A program made the position numbers and the translations under genes. Below the pieces are notes generated by a model. That model was given only the letters and a program-made list of their open reading frames with translations. It searched no databases and was not told the DNA's origin. This document shows positions 60,811 through 64,000 of a DNA stretch of 64,000 nt, in pieces. Source of the DNA: Candidatus Bathyarchaeota archaeon (GTDB taxonomy: Archaea; Thermoproteota; Bathyarchaeia; TCS64); the NCBI GenBank assembly GCA_963769425.1, contig CAVYLP010000006.1:896001-960000 (forward strand), given 5' to 3'. Positions within the stretch are counted from its first letter, which is position 1, and each line of letters begins with the position of its first letter.

Positions 60811-61935
60811 TTGGATAAAGTCGACGCAGTGGTAATAGGGGCAGGGGCGGTTGGACTCGCCATCGCCTCGGAGATCACAGGGAAGAACCGCGACGTATTC
60901 ATCCTAGAGAGAGAGTCCGCGATCGGTCAAGGAGCCAGCAGCCGGAACAGCGAGGTCATACATGCTGGCATTTACTACGCGACCGGGACTCTGAAGGCGA
61001 AGATCTGCGTCGAAGCCAACCCCATGATCTATCGGATCTGCGCCGAGAACAAGGTGCCATATAAGAAGTTAGGCAAGATAATCGTCGGTAACGGCGAGGA
61101 AGAGATGAAGCAGCTTGAGGGTCTCATGAGGCAGGGGAAGGCAAACGGCGTCAACGACCTCGATCTCATAGACTCAGATCAGATAAGGCGAATCGAGCCC
61201 AAGGTTAAAGGAGACATGGCCGTCCTTAGCCCCAGCACCGGGATAATGGACGCCCACGGCCTTATGGACCACTACCTCCACAAGGCCCGCCGACAGAGTG
61301 GGTCGGACCCACTCGTCCTCGACACGGAGGTAAGGGGCATCAAGAAGATGCAGGATGGCTACCAAGTCGACACGATGAGTGGCGGGGAGCCCTTCAGCAT
61401 CGAGGCGAGGGTAGTCATTAACGCAGCTGGCCTCTTCTGCGACAAGGTAGCGTCGATGGTTGGTATAGATATCGACAAGGCGAAGTATAGGCTCCACTGG
61501 TGCAAAGGCGACTATTATAGCATCGTTGGGAAGCCACCAGCTACCATGCTTGTCTACCCCCCGCCGCTTAAGGACACGCTGGGGCTCGGCATCCACACTG
61601 TACCCGATCTCACGGGCCGCCTCAAGTTTGGTCCAAACGCCTACTACGTCGACAAGCTTGACTACAAGGTAGAGTCACCCGCAGAGCCCTTCTGGAGCGA
61701 CATAGTCACTTATCTACCCAGCATTCGAAAGGAGGATCTCCGCCCTGATATGTCGGGGATACGCGCGAAGACCCAGGGCCCCGGTGAAAAGGCCCGGGAC
61801 TTCGTCATCGAACACGAGGAGAAGCGTGGATACCCGGGATTCATTGATCTCATTGGAATAGAGTCTCCTGGTCTCACATCCTCACCTGCAATTGCGAAGA
61901 TGGTCTCCTTCAAGGTTGATGAGCTGCTGAATTAG
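60811..61935 (+). CDS. L-2-hydroxyglutarate oxidase-like FAD oxidoreductase
   Basis: IGAGAVG, SSRNSEVIHAGIYY, KGDY, LGIH, GIESPGLT. Confidence 0.9.
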   Translation: MDKVDAVVIGAGAVGLAIASEITGKNRDVFILERESAIGQGASSRNSEVIHAGIYYATGTLKAKICVEANPMIYRICAENKVPYKKLGKIIVGNGEEEMKQLEGLMRQGKANGVNDLDLIDSDQIRRIEPKVKGDMAVLSPSTGIMDAHGLMDHYLHKARRQSGSDPLVLDTEVRGIKKMQDGYQVDTMSGGEPFSIEARVVINAAGLFCDKVASMVGIDIDKAKYRLHWCKGDYYSIVGKPPATMLVYPPPLKDTLGLGIHTVPDLTGRLKFGPNAYYVDKLDYKVESPAEPFWSDIVTYLPSIRKEDLRPDMSGIRAKTQGPGEKARDFVIEHEEKRGYPGFIDLIGIESPGLTSSPAIAKMVSFKVDELLN

Positions 61936-61947
61936 CATCTAACTGCT

Positions 61948-62242
61948 TACCTGCTATTAGGAATCCCATTCCTAGTAGGATGGAATGTCAAAGTACTCAG
62001 CGTGATCATCGATACCTGCTACTTGGAAACGGATTCCTACTAGGATGGTACGTTATAGGCTAGCTGGGCGTGGATACCTCGCTAGTAGGAACCATAGAAA
62101 AACACCACTTTTGCACCGGTCACTAGGAATCAGCCCTCCTCACAACTCTATTCAAAGATATGGATTGCCTTCATCCTTTCCCCCTGAGTGAAGAGACATT
62201 TCCTCATGGTAACCATCCCGCGCGGATACCTGCCACTAGGAA
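61948..62242. repeat. Dispersed cluster (~7 copies) of the same repeat family as 4233-4482
   Basis: TACCTGCTATTAGGAA (61948), TTCCTAGTAGGATGGAA (61969), TACCTGCTACTTGGAA (62013), TTCCTACTAGGATGGTA (62034), 62075, 62114, TACCTGCCACTAGGAA (62227). Confidence 0.8.
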
Positions 62243-62729
62243 TTGATCCTCGTCGCGGCTCTTGTCCAATTGTTATGTAATGGATTCGTTCTCGAGGACC
62301 TAACTGGAGTCATAGCTCAAAGAACCAGTAACCAGTTGCCTAGGTAATGAAGTTCTATGCACCGACGTCAGTAGGTGTAGATTCCAATCTTGCCTGTGTG
62401 AACCCTACTTCAAGCAGCAGCTGATAGATGGGAAAGTAGCGAAAAAACCCAAGCCGAGAAGCTGCAGTGAGCTGCGAAGAACTCGACTTCTGGAAGGGAG
62501 AGAAACTTTTATCCTTATGGTTAAAGTTCAATGGGGCAAGAGATATCACTGCTTTTATCCTTCAACCTTTTACAAGATAACAATTATTTTCTGTTAATCT
62601 TAATGATTAATTTAAATCCGTTTTTTGGAAGATAATTGAGATAGTGTATCTTACCAATCCTTTAATATTCACGGTTAGTAATCCTAAATACATCAGTTTA
62701 CACATCCAAACTGTCCTAGGTGCTAATCT

Positions 62730-63044
62730 GTGCGGTTCTGCGACAAATGTGGCTCCTTCATGGAGAAGTCTCCCAAGGGGTACCGCTGCCAGAAGTGCGG
62801 CTTCGAGGTGAACCCAGGCGTCATGGAGGTGACGCGGGAAGACGAGCCTAAGGCAGAGCCGGTATATGTCGTGAGGGGGGAGGACGAGTCCGTGAAGGTG
62901 AACCAAATATGCCCACAGTGTGGGCACAGCGAGGCATATCACCAGGTCCGCGTAGCACTCGGTGAGCACGCAGGTGTGAACAGCGACAGGTACGTTGAGA
63001 GGTTCAAGTGCACCTCGTGCGGCCACGTCTGGGTCACAAATTAA
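62730..63044 (+). CDS. TFS/RpoM-like double zinc-ribbon protein (non-canonical)
   Basis: MRFCDKCGS..CQKCG; CPQCGHSEAY..FKCTSCGHVW; lacks QTRSADE. Confidence 0.8.
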   Translation: MRFCDKCGSFMEKSPKGYRCQKCGFEVNPGVMEVTREDEPKAEPVYVVRGEDESVKVNQICPQCGHSEAYHQVRVALGEHAGVNSDRYVERFKCTSCGHVWVTN

Positions 63045-63475
63045 ACCCAGTTTACCTTTACCCTAAATGGGATTCCTTGCTCGACGCTCTTTGACACGAT
63101 GCAGAACTCCTCGAAGAGGGCGATGCACCTCTCCATCTGACTGACATACTCTTTATCGATCTCCGCGTTAAGCTCGACGTCCATCTCGGTAATCCTCCAG
63201 CGCCCCTTCTCGTTTCTGGTCATCTTGGCGTTGACACGAGTCTTCATGCCCTTGACCTCCGCTCTCGCCCTCTTGAGGCAGAATAAGAGGCTTGAGCTCA
63301 GACAGTTGCCAATCGCGGCAGCGAGTAACATGGACGGGTTGGGCCCGGTACCCTTGCCGATAGGAGCCTCCTCATCGGTGACGAGTGCCTCCATCCCCTC
63401 GTGCCCGAAGTCGATCTTGAAGGAGTAATCCTGCAGCCTCTCCAACTCGACTGTGAGAGTCTTTTCTTCGCTCAA
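63041..63475 (-). CDS. OsmC family protein
   Basis: TDE..GPNP..AAIGNC; FCIVSKS. Confidence 0.88.
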   Translation of the reverse strand: MSEEKTLTVELERLQDYSFKIDFGHEGMEALVTDEEAPIGKGTGPNPSMLLAAAIGNCLSSSLLFCLKRARAEVKGMKTRVNAKMTRNEKGRWRITEMDVELNAEIDKEYVSQMERCIALFEEFCIVSKSVEQGIPFRVKVNWV

Positions 63476-63507
63476 ATCGTTCTCCTTACTTTTGGGAGCC
63501 GCTGCGT

Positions 63508-63753
63508 TTAAGTCGATTTTGGCTCAATCTCACCCGGTAATGGCTGGGAAGCCTGGTCCTTATTGTGCCTGCCCTCGGTGAGGAACCCGAAGCCGAAGAG
63601 GCTGAACCCTAGGATGACGAATATCCAGATGATCCATTCGTCGCTGGTGTCGCCCGTCATTGTGATCTGGTAGACGGTGGCGACGCAGATGAGTGCCGCG
63701 ATGACGGCGCCGACGTACATGAGGTTCCAGCTCGTGAGTTTGATTTCGACCAT
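63508..63753 (-). CDS. Small 2-TM hypothetical protein
   Basis: Two hydrophobic helices. Confidence 0.6.
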   Translation of the reverse strand: MVEIKLTSWNLMYVGAVIAALICVATVYQITMTGDTSDEWIIWIFVILGFSLFGFGFLTEGRHNKDQASQPLPGEIEPKST

Positions 63754-63834
63754 CCGATGTCCAAACAATTACCACTTTCAGCGGGATTTAACCTTCCCGA
63801 TACGGTTAAAGCCGCTGTCGACCCCTCGTTTGGC

Positions 63835-64000
63835 ATGCCCAGCATGAGGAGAAAGGAGAAGGAGATAACCGAGAGGGTGGTCATCGAGGAGATCCTCAGG
63901 GAGCAGGAAGTCGGCAGGCTCGCCACCTCCGTGGGCGACCAGCCATACGTTGTGCCAATCAACTTTGTCTACAACGACGGGAAGATAATCTTCCACAGTC
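63835..64000 (+). CDS. Pyridoxamine 5'-phosphate oxidase/NimA-like flavin-binding protein (partial)
   Basis: MRRKEKEI..ILREQEVGRLA..PYVVPINFVY..IIFHS; runs off window end. Confidence 0.85.
   Translation, partial: MPSMRRKEKEITERVVIEEILREQEVGRLATSVGDQPYVVPINFVYNDGKIIFHS

Noticed and set aside
17365-62549. Long antisense/overlapping ORFs (e.g. 17365-18147, 19265-19993, 34470-35345, 40906-41634)
   Set aside because: Shadow frames of GC3-rich real genes with no recognisable motifs.
1-64000. tRNA/rRNA genes, intact IS transposase or integrase
   Set aside because: None recognised by eye; an intron-split tRNA could have been missed without a covariance search.

Overview
A 64-kb window from an archaeal chromosome, most consistent with Bathyarchaeia. 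This is inferred from archease, NIP7, a TFS-like protein, archaeal TATA/GGTGA signals and peptide-degradation gene content. About 21-64 kb is mostly metabolic and housekeeping: PEPCK, argG, guaA, folC, an hcp operon, class III aminotransferases, M20/M14/S58 peptidases, creatininases, and LarA-like and CBS proteins. About 4-20.5 kb is an accessory hotspot. It holds an AT-rich type I R-M island with a DUF932 gene, a probable cas1 C-terminal relic, orphan antitoxins, c(GAA)g hairpins, and a ~60-bp imperfect inverted repeat pair bracketing ~13 kb. A 21-bp-periodic palindromic repeat array at 4.2-4.5 kb recurs 57 kb away. The best candidate for an undescribed system is a split cluster. It has a small protein, a GlmL/MutL-type ASKHA ATPase (no B12 mutase nearby), a barrel-sandwich/KOW partner, and a four-gene membrane operon (DUF6754-like) with a structured 5' leader, all flanking an M14 peptidase. 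Many single-base frameshifts, including in housekeeping genes, suggest an error-prone assembly, so pseudogene calls are tentative. Family assignments come from motif recognition by eye; no database searches were run.
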